A stretch of 32,000 nt of DNA, from the sequence record CM049095.1; one strand, 5' to 3'. How positions within the stretch are numbered: position 1 is the first letter of the stretch; the number at the start of each line of letters is the position of its first letter. The position numbers and the translations under genes are program-made. The notes under the pieces were generated by a model, which was given only the letters and a program-made list of their open reading frames with translations, was not told where the DNA came from and ran no database searches. Positions 29,709 through 32,000 of this stretch are shown piece by piece.

Positions 29709-30008
29709 ATGAAAAAAATATTTGCAAAAGATACGTTAAATCGAAAATTAGTAAATCTAACTGAATTGAAGACTTTTATATCGAAACATATTTCTTTAAA
29801 TCAAAATTTACCGCAGACTCTTAGATGGAGAGTCTTGTATAATTTGTCTCAGTCAATAAAAAATAATTCAAAAACGCATTTATCGAATAGGTGTATCAAA
29901 ACAATTAATCGAAGAACTTTTTTTAAATTTTCAAAATTTTCACGGGTTGTTTTTTTACGATTAGCTAAAGCAGGTTTAATTAGTGGTATCCGTAAATCTG
30001 TTTGGTAA
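29709..30008 (+). CDS. rps14: Ribosomal protein S14
   Basis: The C-terminus NRCIKTINRRTFFKFSKFSRVVFLRLAKAGLISGIRKSVW is S14-like. The ORF track opens at TTG 29703, directly after the nad9 TAA; ATG 29709 is preferred. Confidence 0.88.
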   Translation: MKKIFAKDTLNRKLVNLTELKTFISKHISLNQNLPQTLRWRVLYNLSQSIKNNSKTHLSNRCIKTINRRTFFKFSKFSRVVFLRLAKAGLISGIRKSVW

Positions 30009-30020
30009 CGTTCGTTTTAG

Positions 30021-32000
<1,980 letters not shown>

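Noticed and set aside
29700-29711. Possible nad9-rps14 gene fusion
   Set aside because: The two are adjacent and in the same frame, but a TAA (29700-29702) separates them and rps14 has its own ATG at 29709. No fusion is evident from the DNA sequence alone.

Overview
This window reads as a mitochondrial genome fragment of stramenopile (diatom-like) type, not a prokaryotic locus. It is AT-rich, all recognisable genes lie on the + strand, and ORFs stay intact under the standard code. It carries genes such as nad7, nad9, nad11, rps10, rps13 and rps14, which animal and fungal mtDNAs lack.

The window has two parts.

(1) 1..~10409 is a large non-coding array of direct repeats that continues upstream of the window. 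It holds about 12 units of 745-1220 bp, which fall into at least four sequence variants arranged as a mosaic. Nested inside some units are extra copies of a ~224 bp sub-repeat, and some units carry a 21 bp indel.

(2) 10523..32000 is a compact gene block: trnH, rnl, rns, trn(CAU), nad6, trn(CAU), trnV, nad11 C-terminal domain only, nad3, cox3, cob, nad2, trnS, rps10, trnR, nad5, cox2, trnI, nad7, an unassigned 76-codon ORF, trnQ, nad4, rps13, nad9, rps14 and cox1 exon 1. The cox1 exon is interrupted at 31216 by a group II intron carrying a reverse-transcriptase/maturase ORF that runs off the window.

From memory, a very large nested repeat block and a split nad11 have been published for diatom mitogenomes, notably Phaeodactylum tricornutum. 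The headline features are therefore probably not new, though I cannot verify identity without a database search. I see no defence-island-like or otherwise clearly undescribed system.

The items most worth a second look are:
- the fine architecture of the repeat array, including a hairpin exactly at the sub-repeat junction and chimeric units;
- three tRNA-like acceptor/T-arm remnants at gene boundaries;
- the ~130-140 aa in-frame insertion in nad2;
- the unassigned ORF between nad7 and trnQ;
- the visibly GC-richer group II intron.
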